This document shows positions 28,601 through 37,563 of a DNA stretch of 63,022 nucleotides, one piece after another; the first letter of the stretch is position 1, and each line of letters opens with the position of its first letter. Made by a program: the position numbers and the translations under genes. Under the pieces are notes generated by a model. It searched no databases. It was not told the origin of the DNA and saw nothing but the letters and a program-made list of their open reading frames with translations. Source of the DNA: an uncultured Candidatus Bathyarchaeia archaeon (GTDB lineage: Archaea > Thermoproteota > CALKCG01 > B24). The stretch lies in assembly GCA_964568845.1 (NCBI GenBank), contig CAZMSC010000007.1, forward strand, positions 1 to 63,022, given 5' to 3'.

Positions 28601-29486
28601 ACCAAGGCTTTTGGAAATCGTTGACGCTAGGAAGAATCCATCAACACCGATAATGACGATAAGGCTCGATAAAGAACATCGCGTCGATAAAGATAAAGCT
28701 TTAAAGGTAGCTCAATCCCTCACCTATACTACAGTAAGCGACTTGACGGCTAAGGGCGAATACCGAATATATTTGGAGGAAGGGGTTGTTAGGGTTAAAA
28801 TCGACAGCTCTCTTATGGAGAGTAGAGGGGTGACTACTGAAGATTTAAAGAATTTAACGATTAGCGGTGCCTCGTTGGAGTTTTCAGGTGACGAGCTTAT
28901 AATTAAGCCCAAGTCCGCTATGGATATTTTAGTGTTAAAAAGGCTTATTAGTAGAGTGATGAAGCTTCCTGTAAAAGGAATGCCTGGGATCAACAGGGTT
29001 CAAGTTGTTATGGAAGGAGATGAATGGGTTATCCAAGCCGACGGGTCGAATCTAAATAAAGTCGTTCAGGTTCCAGGTGTAGATCCAACTAGGACATTAA
29101 CTAACAACATATATGAGATCTATGAAACGCTCGGTGTTGAAGCGGCCAGAAACGCCATCATAAGGGAGGCTAAAGATGTTTTTGAAGGTATAGGTGGTGG
29201 CTTAGATCTTGATATTAGACACCTCATGCTTGTGGCAGACGTTATGACAGCCACGGGTAGGATACGTCAAGTAGGTAGACATGGTGTGACTGGAGAAAAA
29301 TCGAGTGCATTAGCTAAAGCGGCGTTTGAAATAACTGTTTCAAGTATTGTAGATGCTGCACTGAGAGGGGTTGAAGATACTCTTAAAGGCGTTACGGAGA
29401 ACATCATAGCTGGTCAAGACATGAAGGTTGGAACCGGTATAGTTGACATATATATGACACCAAATCCGCCCTCAAGAGGTGAGTGA
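25656..29486 (+). CDS. rpoA: RNA polymerase largest subunit, A' and A'' parts fused in one ORF (Rpo1)
   Basis: The N-terminal zinc motifs, [10 protein letters not shown] (catalytic), the bridge-helix region and the A''-type trigger-loop region [29 protein letters not shown] all lie in one 1276-codon frame with no stop at the usual A'/A'' boundary (about 28.23-28.33 kb). Confidence 0.95.
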   Translation: [1276 protein letters not shown]

Positions 29487-29487
29487 A

Positions 29488-29799
29488 ATGGTTGATGTGA
29501 ATAAAGCTATATATAGTGTAATAAAAACTGGAAAAGTTGTATTTGGTTCTAGGAGATCCCTCAATTTTCTCAAGTTGGGGAAAGCTAAATTGGTGATAGT
29601 TGCATCTAATGTTCCAAAAGACTTAAGAGAGGTTATCGATTACTATAGTAAATTAACGTTGATACCGGTTTACACGTACAAGGGTACGAGTATGGATCTG
29701 GGACGTGTCTGCGGAAAGTCATTTCCCATAATGGTGATAGCCATTAGAGAGCCGGGCGATTCAAACATAATGGAACTGGTGGAGAAGCATGAAGAGTGA
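29488..29799 (+). CDS. rpl30e: Ribosomal protein L30e
   Basis: GKVVFGSRRSLNFLKLGKAKLVIVASNVP...Y....IPVY.Y.G.S.DLG..CGK is present. The ATG lies 1 nt after the rpoA stop. Confidence 0.9.
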   Translation: MVDVNKAIYSVIKTGKVVFGSRRSLNFLKLGKAKLVIVASNVPKDLREVIDYYSKLTLIPVYTYKGTSMDLGRVCGKSFPIMVIAIREPGDSNIMELVEKHEE

Positions 29800-30229
29800 T
29801 AGTATAAGGCTTACTGCTGAGGAAATGGGGTTGATAAATATAGTTGAAAGTCTAACCGGAGCTAAGTGTAGAGACTGTTTGATAGACTCCAGTAGTGGCA
29901 GAGTAACGTTTGTAATGGAAGAAGGTGACCTGAAACTTGTTCTAGGTAGAAGAGGCTCCAATGTGAGGCTTATACGGAGGCTTCTTAAACGTGAGGTAGA
30001 CTTCTTAGAGTACTCTCCAACTCCTGAAGTTTTCATAGCTAAATCGCTTACACCAGCCAGGGTTAGGGAAGTTAGGATAACGGAGAAGCCTAACGGTGAG
30101 AAACTAGCAGTCATAACAGTCGAGCCTAAAGATAAGGGTCTCGCTATAGGTAAAAACGGTAGGGTTATAGAGAGGACTAGAAAGTTGGCTCGAAGATACT
30201 TCAACATACATAACATAATAGTTGTATAA
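29789..30229 (+). CDS. nusA: Archaeal NusA-like KH-domain transcription factor
   Basis: It has two KH-like units (..GRRGSNVRLI.. and ..AIGKNGRVIERTRKL..) and sits in the conserved position after L30e. Confidence 0.8.
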   Translation: MKSDSIRLTAEEMGLINIVESLTGAKCRDCLIDSSSGRVTFVMEEGDLKLVLGRRGSNVRLIRRLLKREVDFLEYSPTPEVFIAKSLTPARVREVRITEKPNGEKLAVITVEPKDKGLAIGKNGRVIERTRKLARRYFNIHNIIVV

Positions 30230-30338
30230 TCTAACAATTAATCGGCCGGTTGAAAACACTTTACCGGATTTTACGGTAATAGTAGGCGAGGCAGACATTT
30301 AAACTTTAAATAGTCGTTATAGTAGTTAGCTATTCGCT

Positions 30339-30764
30339 ATGCCTGGTGAATTTGCTGCTAGATCGCTTGAAAAGAAGAGGAAAAAGTTCAGGTGGAGCTA
30401 TAGATACTATAAGCGTAAAATGCTTGGCTTAGATATAAAAGCAGACCCACTTGAAGGCGCACCTATGGCTAGGGGTATAGTGCTTGAAAAGGTTGGCGTA
30501 GAATCTAAGCAACCTAACTCAGCTATAAGAAAATGCGTTCGCGTCCAGCTTATAAAAAATGGACGGGTTGTGACGGCGTTCCTACCCGGCGATGGCGCTT
30601 TAAACTTCGTAGATGAACATGATGAAGCTTTAATTGAAAGTATCGGGGGGACGAGAGGTAGGTCTATGGGCGACATACCAGGTGTCAGGTTTAAAGTTAT
30701 ATCTATTAATGGTGTTCCTCTAAATAGGCTTATAACTGGAAAAGCTCAAAAACCGACTAGGTGA
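30339..30764 (+). CDS. rps12: Ribosomal protein S12 (uS12)
   Basis: [28 protein letters not shown] is present. Confidence 0.95.
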   Translation: MPGEFAARSLEKKRKKFRWSYRYYKRKMLGLDIKADPLEGAPMARGIVLEKVGVESKQPNSAIRKCVRVQLIKNGRVVTAFLPGDGALNFVDEHDEALIESIGGTRGRSMGDIPGVRFKVISINGVPLNRLITGKAQKPTR

Positions 30765-30782
30765 TCTTAAGGGGTGGATAAG

Positions 30783-31352
30783 ATGTCTGAAGAAATTAAA
30801 CTTTTCGGAAAATGGTCGTATGAGGGGGTTGACGTTAAAGATCCAAGTCTTAAGTCGTACATATGTCTTAAACCAGTCCTATATCCTAGGACTGGTGGTC
30901 GACATGCACGTAAGCCATTCGCTCGAATAAACACTCCCATTATTGAAAGACTTGCAGATCAACTTATGCGTCCGGGTAGAAACGGCGGTTTAAAAGTGAA
31001 GGCTTTAAACATTGTGAAGAATGCATTTGAAATAGTCCACCTTAAGACTGGGGAAAACCCGCTTCAAGTCCTCGTCAGGGCTTTAGAGAATTCTGCTCCC
31101 TGCGAAGATATTACACGTGTTGCTTATGGAGGCATAGTGTATCATAGGGCTGTCGACGTAGCACCATCTAGAAGGCTGGATTTAGCTTTAAGATTTCTCG
31201 TAGACGGTGCTAGACTTAAAGCCTTTAGCAACCCTAAAACCATAGACGAATGCTTAGCTGATGAGATAATAAACGCAGCTGAAGGCTCACAAGACTCGTA
31301 TGCAATACAGCGTAAAGATGAACTTGAACGTATAGCATTGGCTTCAAGGTAG
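30783..31352 (+). CDS. rps7: Ribosomal protein S7 (uS7)
   Basis: LFGKWSYEGVDVKDPSL..., NIVKNAFEIV and the ..AIQRKDELERIA tail are present. The ATG at 30783 is preferred over the GTG at 30774. Confidence 0.95.
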   Translation: MSEEIKLFGKWSYEGVDVKDPSLKSYICLKPVLYPRTGGRHARKPFARINTPIIERLADQLMRPGRNGGLKVKALNIVKNAFEIVHLKTGENPLQVLVRALENSAPCEDITRVAYGGIVYHRAVDVAPSRRLDLALRFLVDGARLKAFSNPKTIDECLADEIINAAEGSQDSYAIQRKDELERIALASR

Positions 31353-31548
31353 TGCTTTTCCATTTGCAGATGAAAAAGTGAATTTGGGTTTTAGGAAAAA
31401 GTTGAATAGGTTATTCAAGGATGAGACAAAGGGTTCATAAGGATGAAAGAGTTTATGAACGTTAAGTATTGAGTTTCTGTTGTGAATATGGAAGTCTGTA
31501 AAAATGTAGACTGTTGAGGAATAGATTTATTCTACTTAATTCTTTCTA

Positions 31549-31671
31549 ATGGAAGAAGAGCTGTTACGTCCCTTAGACGTCGCTAAGAAGTTTGGAATCT
31601 CCATGAAGACACTGTAAAAGTAGCAGAAGTGAGGGATTATAAAGGCTATTGGAGACTCTGGAGTTATGTAG
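31549..31671 (+). pseudogene. Decayed small HTH (excisionase/MerR-like) gene fragment with in-frame stops
   Basis: The frame reads MEEELLRPLDVAKKFGISMKTL*K*QK*GIIKAIGDSGVM*. The first 22 codons look like the first two helices of an HTH_17-type domain. Three stops interrupt the expected recognition-helix/wing region. Confidence 0.35.
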
Positions 31672-31923
31672 GCAATTCTATAATCATTTTTTGACCCATT
31701 GGAATGGGAAAATAAGATGCCAAGCATACTTGAAGTTCAAAGCCCAACTGCATTAAAAACTTCAAAACTCATAAAGGTTGGATTCAAATATGTTGTTGCA
31801 TTTAATGGGACGTTGCTCCTCAGGAAACACGAGTAAAGTTTAAACTTAAGCTAACAGTAAAGGTTTGAGCTAAAACTTTTTATAACGGATACTTGAGTTA
31901 ATCTTTAGAAAGGTGGTTATTGT

Positions 31924-33222
31924 ATGAGTCAAAAACCCCATTTAAACTTGGTAGTCTGTGGACATGTAGATCATGGTAAGAGTACCCTGACAGGACATAT
32001 GCTGTACTTAACTGGTACTATAGATGAAAGAACGATAAAAGAGTATGAAGAGCAGGCTAAAGCCTTAGGTAAGGAGACGTTCAAATACGCTTGGGTTTTA
32101 GATACACTTAAAGAGGAAAGGGAAAGAGGGTTAACGATAGACTTAGAGTTCGTTAAATTTGAAACCGATAAATTCTTCTTCACGATCATAGATGCTCCGG
32201 GACATAGAGACTTCATTAAAAACATGATTACCGGTGCGAGTCAGGCAGATGCCGCGCTGCTGGTGGTTTCAGCTAAAACTGGCGAGTATGAAACTGGAAT
32301 ACAGCCTGGTGGGCAGGCTAGAGAACACGCATTCCTATTGATGACTTTAGGTGTCCGCCAGTTGGTTGTCGCCATAAATAAGATGGATGATGTCACCGTC
32401 AATTGGAGCCAGAAGAGGTTTGAAGAGTGTAAAAACGGAGTAATTAGACTTTTAAAGACAATTGGATATAACGTTGAGAAAACACCGATAGTGCCAGTTT
32501 CAGGGTGGACTGGAGACAACATAGTTAAGCCTAGTGAAAAAATGCCGTGGTATAAAGGGCCAACCCTTCTACAGGCTTTAGATGTATTTGAAGTCCCACC
32601 TAAACCAGTTGATAAACCTCTGAGAATACCGATTCAAGATGTGTATACAATAACTGGCGTAGGGACTGTCCCAGTGGGGAGGGTTGAGACTGGGATTCTA
32701 AAAGAGGGACAGACTGTAGTGTTTATGCCATCTGGCGCTAAGGGTGAAATTAGATCCATTGAGACGCATCACGTTAGAATTAAAGAGGCATATCCTGGCG
32801 ACAACATAGGCTTTAACGTTAGGGGTGTTTCTAAGACAGATATTAGAAGGGGAGATGTCGCCGGGCCGGTCGATAATCCGCCCACTGTAGCTAAAGAAAT
32901 CATAGCTAGAATAATAGTGGTCTACCATCCTACTGCCATAGCAGTAGGATATACACCGGTAATGCACATACACACCGCTCACGTCCCATGTAAATTCGTC
33001 GAATTGATTAGGAAGATAAATCCAAGGACAGGCGAAACAATTGAAGAGAACCCGTCATTCCTTAGAACGGGTGAATGTGCGATAGTAAAACTGCAACCTC
33101 TAAAGCCCGTTGTAGCTGAAGAATACACGGTTATTCCTCAACTTGGTAGATTTGCGATCAGAGACATGGGTACGACGATCGCAGCAGGCATAGTTGAAAA
33201 AATAGTTGCAAAAGGACCATAG
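31924..33222 (+). CDS. tuf: Translation elongation factor EF-1alpha
   Basis: GHVDHGKST, DAPGHRDF and NKMD are present, and the protein is collinear with EF-1alpha over its full length. Confidence 0.95.
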   Translation: MSQKPHLNLVVCGHVDHGKSTLTGHMLYLTGTIDERTIKEYEEQAKALGKETFKYAWVLDTLKEERERGLTIDLEFVKFETDKFFFTIIDAPGHRDFIKNMITGASQADAALLVVSAKTGEYETGIQPGGQAREHAFLLMTLGVRQLVVAINKMDDVTVNWSQKRFEECKNGVIRLLKTIGYNVEKTPIVPVSGWTGDNIVKPSEKMPWYKGPTLLQALDVFEVPPKPVDKPLRIPIQDVYTITGVGTVPVGRVETGILKEGQTVVFMPSGAKGEIRSIETHHVRIKEAYPGDNIGFNVRGVSKTDIRRGDVAGPVDNPPTVAKEIIARIIVVYHPTAIAVGYTPVMHIHTAHVPCKFVELIRKINPRTGETIEENPSFLRTGECAIVKLQPLKPVVAEEYTVIPQLGRFAIRDMGTTIAAGIVEKIVAKGP

Positions 33223-33264
33223 TGGCTTTAGCTAATCTTCCAATATTTTCTTACCGCTGAAAAT

Positions 33265-33672
33265 TTGGAGGTCTACTGTGTGAAGGTTAAAATCCCCAGG
33301 TCTTTTTTAATAATATTTTTGATAGGAGTATCACTGTACTTAAGTTGCGGAGGACTATACGTATTAATTGAAGGGAAAGATGAGAGTATTATAAATCAGC
33401 CTTGGATTGTAGTTCAATGGGGTCAATCTCAGAGAATATCTATAACTATTCCTGGGTTAAGAAGTCAAACCTTAGGCGAAGGTTATATCGTAGGCATTAT
33501 ACTCTCAATATCTATATTGGGGCTTTCAATACCCTACCTATGTTTAAAATTTAAAGTGGACGCTAAAACGATGAGAAATGTGATCGTAGTATCTATGATT
33601 CTTCTGCTCGCATCTGCATATCTAGTTTTCAGCATATACTTCTCTAAGTATTGGGGTGCACCATGGCCGTGA
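33265..33672 (+). CDS. Small membrane protein, unknown function
   Basis: There are three hydrophobic segments and no recognised motif. The start is uncertain. Confidence 0.3.
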   Translation: MEVYCVKVKIPRSFLIIFLIGVSLYLSCGGLYVLIEGKDESIINQPWIVVQWGQSQRISITIPGLRSQTLGEGYIVGIILSISILGLSIPYLCLKFKVDAKTMRNVIVVSMILLLASAYLVFSIYFSKYWGAPWP

Positions 33673-33921
33673 GTTGCTACTGTTAAAACTTGTGGATTTT
33701 ACGGTATAGGATTAGAGTAGCCATTGTTTCCAGTTTAATACCTATGAATGTACAAAATGACTAACTTTGTGAATTTTATCTACTCCAATCCCACATTTGA
33801 ACGGTGTTGGCTTTATAACATGGTGTTAAATTTTCTCTCAATCGATTTCAGCTGGTCAATTCTCAGATTTATCCTCGCGTTTAAATGCATCATATCTTTC
33901 CATGTGCTTTAATAAGCGTAA

Positions 33922-35427
33922 ATGAGAAATAGTTGTATACTGGAAGATATGTGGGAGGTGGTTGTGCTGGAATGTAGAGCATCTGTTGATGTAACATCGC
34001 CGATTGGAAGGTTTGACAGAAGATGTTATGGGCAATTCATTGAACACTTGGGCGAATGTATATATGGAGGTATATGGGTTGGTGAAGGCTCCAATATACG
34101 GAACATAGGAGGATACCGTTTAGATGTTCTAGAGGCAATTAAACGGTTGAACTGTCCCATAGTTAGATGGCCTGGTGGGAACTTCGCCAGCGGATACCAT
34201 TGGCAGGATGGTATTGGACCTAGAGATCAAAGGTCTAAGCTTTATGATATGGCATGGAGTCAAGATGAGCCCAATACGTTTGGAACGGATGAATTCATAG
34301 ATTGGTGTAAGCTTGTGGGAACCGAGCCTTGGATAGTCGTAAATGCTGGAAACGGAACACCTGAAGAAGCCGCACAGTGGGTAGAGTACTGCAACTCTAA
34401 TAGAAACACCTACTACGCACAACTCAGACGCAAATATGGACATGCAGAACCGTATCGTGTTAAAATATGGGGGATAGGAAACGAGCTTTACGGAAGATGG
34501 CAGATCGGTTTTTGCGTAGACGGTTTTGAATGCGCGAGGAGAACCGTTGAATTTGCAAATGAGATGAGAGCTGTAGACCCGGAGATAAAGCTCGTAGCGG
34601 TTGGATGTGAAGATCCGGAGTGGAACATCGCTATGGTGAAAAACGCAGGGGGATACTTCGACTACCTATCTATCCACATATATGTTAGTGGAGACAAATC
34701 CTATAGAGAACTTATAGCCTACAGTTTAGACATAGCGAAAAGGTTGAGAAACACCTATGAGCTTATTCAAACCGTAAGGAAAAAATACAACATTAAACGT
34801 GAAATAAAACTGGCTTTTGATGAGTGGAACGTTTGGTATTCGGAGGCAAAACCTCCACTACTTAGACAGGTTACGAGCGTTAAAGACGCCGTTTTTACAG
34901 CGGGGGTTTTAAACTCTCTACACAGGTTATGTAATGAAGTTCCCATAGCGGCATTTGCACAAACAGTAAACGTCATCCCATTAATAGTTGCTTCAGAAGA
35001 CGGAAGGATGGTTTTAACGCCTCAATACTTCGTATTTAAATTGTATGGTGAAAACGTCGGGGATTACGTTCTTCCAACGTTTGTAGATTCACAGCTTTAT
35101 AAGTCAAGTGAGCTTAACTGCTACGTTCCATTCGTAGACTTCTCAGCGGCGATCGCAGGGGATGGAAAAACCCTATACTTGTACGTAGTCAATAGACATG
35201 AAACAGAGCATGCGTACATTCAAACAACTTTCAAGGGTTTCAAGCCCAGTAGGGCATTTATGGAAACAATCGCAGGTGAAAGTGTTGAAGATAAGAATAC
35301 TCTTGAAAATCCCAATGCTGTAGGAGTTGAAGAAGGCTACGTTAAGATAGAGAATGGCAAAGTTAACCTTGAACTTAAACCGCATTCAGTTAACGTCGTA
35401 AAGATTCTGGGTGAAACAAATACGTAG
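33922..35427 (+). CDS. Alpha-L-arabinofuranosidase (GH51-like)
   Basis: YGQFIEHLGECIYGGIW, RWPGGNFASGYHWQDGIGP, and WGIGNE (acid/base Glu region) are present. The start may be the internal Met at 33949. Confidence 0.7.
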   Translation: MRNSCILEDMWEVVVLECRASVDVTSPIGRFDRRCYGQFIEHLGECIYGGIWVGEGSNIRNIGGYRLDVLEAIKRLNCPIVRWPGGNFASGYHWQDGIGPRDQRSKLYDMAWSQDEPNTFGTDEFIDWCKLVGTEPWIVVNAGNGTPEEAAQWVEYCNSNRNTYYAQLRRKYGHAEPYRVKIWGIGNELYGRWQIGFCVDGFECARRTVEFANEMRAVDPEIKLVAVGCEDPEWNIAMVKNAGGYFDYLSIHIYVSGDKSYRELIAYSLDIAKRLRNTYELIQTVRKKYNIKREIKLAFDEWNVWYSEAKPPLLRQVTSVKDAVFTAGVLNSLHRLCNEVPIAAFAQTVNVIPLIVASEDGRMVLTPQYFVFKLYGENVGDYVLPTFVDSQLYKSSELNCYVPFVDFSAAIAGDGKTLYLYVVNRHETEHAYIQTTFKGFKPSRAFMETIAGESVEDKNTLENPNAVGVEEGYVKIENGKVNLELKPHSVNVVKILGETNT

Positions 35428-35527
35428 CTTTATAATGGTTACGTAGCGCGTATTGGCTGTAAAAGACTTTGACTTCCTCTACACTATGGTTAAAAATTAA
35501 AAGCCCTCTGATGATAGAAATTTACTG

Positions 35528-36223
35528 ATGAAAGCCGTCATTTTAGCTGGCGGGCAGGGTAAACGTTTAAGACCTTTAACAAACGATGTACCTAAGCCTC
35601 TGGTGGAGGTTGCTGGTAAACCTATTATAGTCTATCAGATTGAGTGGCTGAAGAAATACGGGATTAGGGAATTCATAGTGACTGTTGGGTATCTTAAGGA
35701 GAAGTTTATAGAATCTCTCGGCAGTGGTAGAAAGTATGGAGTACACATATCTTACGTCGTAGAGGAAGAACCCTTAGGCACGGGTGGTGGGCTTAAAAAT
35801 GCCGCAAGTCTTCTAGACAAGGAGGAGATATTCTACGTTGTCAACGGAGACGTGATAACAGATATAGACCCAACTAAACTCGCAGGTATGCTTGATGAAA
35901 ATCTAATAGGAGCCATAGCTACAGTACCTCTACCTTCACCATATGGAATAGTCTTCTCAGACAGTAAGGATTATGTCATCCTCTTCCAGGAGAAGCCCCT
36001 CATCCGCGAATACTGGATAAATGCAGGATTATACCTATTCAAACCTGAAGTGTTTAAGTATCTACCGGATAGAGGAGACTTGGAGAGGGAGCTGTTTCCA
36101 AAACTTGCAGATGCTAGGAAGCTTAAAACCGTAAAATACTACGATTTTACAATTTGGAGAAGTATAGATACCTATAAAGACCTAGAAGAAGCTGAGAAGA
36201 TGATTTCAAAGAGATTTGTATAG
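35528..36223 (+). CDS. Sugar-1-phosphate nucleotidyltransferase
   Basis: AVILAGGQGKRLRPLTNDVPKPLV is the canonical N-terminal motif. Confidence 0.75.
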   Translation: MKAVILAGGQGKRLRPLTNDVPKPLVEVAGKPIIVYQIEWLKKYGIREFIVTVGYLKEKFIESLGSGRKYGVHISYVVEEEPLGTGGGLKNAASLLDKEEIFYVVNGDVITDIDPTKLAGMLDENLIGAIATVPLPSPYGIVFSDSKDYVILFQEKPLIREYWINAGLYLFKPEVFKYLPDRGDLERELFPKLADARKLKTVKYYDFTIWRSIDTYKDLEEAEKMISKRFV

Positions 36224-36485
36224 GGCTAATCTAAGATCGTAGCCGTCCACGTCGATAATAATCCATACTTTGTTCGACTACGATTTTGCTGAAGCCGACA
36301 GTTTCTTAGAACTTAATGTAATAATACGGTTCTAAAGACGAATTAAAGCTTCCAAGTCAGATGTTTAATTGTTTTTGTTTTAATTGATCACAATGGAATA
36401 AATCCTATGAGTCATTTTAAATATATTACCGCTAAATTTTGAAATTCTTTAAAATCTTTATAAGCTTAAATTGAGTATTTATTGA

Positions 36486-37154
36486 TTGAAAAAAATGGAA
36501 ATAAGAAAAATAGATTTTCGTTTGGGTAGCCAAAGCCTCGCTCTTGAGGTCCCTCCATTTTACTTAAACTTTGAAAAGAGAAGCTTCAGCTCTATTATGA
36601 CTAGAGGAGGGTCGCAATTTAAATGTAGGAGAGCCCTGTTTTACGTTTACATCTCTAGGGAGAATCAACTCTCCAAACTTTTGCTGATTAAAGCTTTACA
36701 TCCCTCCCTCTACATTCCACGCTCGCTTAAAGTAAATGAAGAAATAGGAAGAGAAGAGGTCAACGAATTCATAGACTCTGTAAAATACATTGAAAACAAG
36801 TGGAAGTACATTGACTCCGGTTTATGGAGGAGGAACTTCAACGGCTGCGGTGTCTACATGGTTTTAATAATAGGTGAGAACCGATGGACAGTACGTCCCA
36901 TCGTCTCTAAAGAGGGCTTAGAAGGATATGGTGTAGAAATACCAGTAGATGCTAAAAGAGATGAGGGCTTCTTAGAAGAGCTCACGGAAGATGAGAAGAA
37001 AGGTTTGGAAGTTCACAAGCATGTTCAGAATAGGCATTTCCACTTCACAGTATTCGGTATTGAAAGATTCATAGAGTTAGTTAAAGAATGGGATTATTAC
37101 TTCGCCAATAAAGAAGTATGGAAGCAGAGCGTGAGGATAACACACCTTGAATGA
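36486..37154 (+). CDS. Hypothetical protein (orphan by eye)
   Basis: It is a 222-codon ORF between two long A/T-rich spacers. No motif was recognised. The start may be the ATG at 36495. Confidence 0.4.
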   Translation: MKKMEIRKIDFRLGSQSLALEVPPFYLNFEKRSFSSIMTRGGSQFKCRRALFYVYISRENQLSKLLLIKALHPSLYIPRSLKVNEEIGREEVNEFIDSVKYIENKWKYIDSGLWRRNFNGCGVYMVLIIGENRWTVRPIVSKEGLEGYGVEIPVDAKRDEGFLEELTEDEKKGLEVHKHVQNRHFHFTVFGIERFIELVKEWDYYFANKEVWKQSVRITHLE

Positions 37155-37563
37155 GTACGCTCTTAGATTATTTTTAATCTTCTGATACCGAGATGGATTT
37201 GTCAGCAGTTTTCTAAATATTAAGATGCGCTTATTGTCTTTAGGGCCTCCTCAGGTTATGAACCAGATGAACGGTTGAAGAAGGTTTTAAAGGTCTTCAT
37301 AGACCTGGTTAACTTCTACATGAAATTCACGTAAAGCAAGGGATAATGTCTTATATGATACTTTTAAGAGAAACCTATAATAAGTATAAGACTAGCCTCA
37401 GATTAATATAGAGTTTTAAGGTACAGATGTGGATTTGAAGAAGACAGAGACATACCATATGGTTTAATATGCTTAAGATGAAGAAGGAAAGGGATTTAAC
37501 CGCGGTGGCAATAAACCTTTAAGATTTTACCGCGTATACTCTCCTTTGACAAAGTGGTCCTAT

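Noticed and set aside
37224-37334. I considered a start-less frame ending ..LKVFIDLVNFYMKFT* as a transposase C-terminal remnant.
   Set aside because: The resemblance to the FYN-type tails of DDE transposases is too short and weak to support a call without a search.
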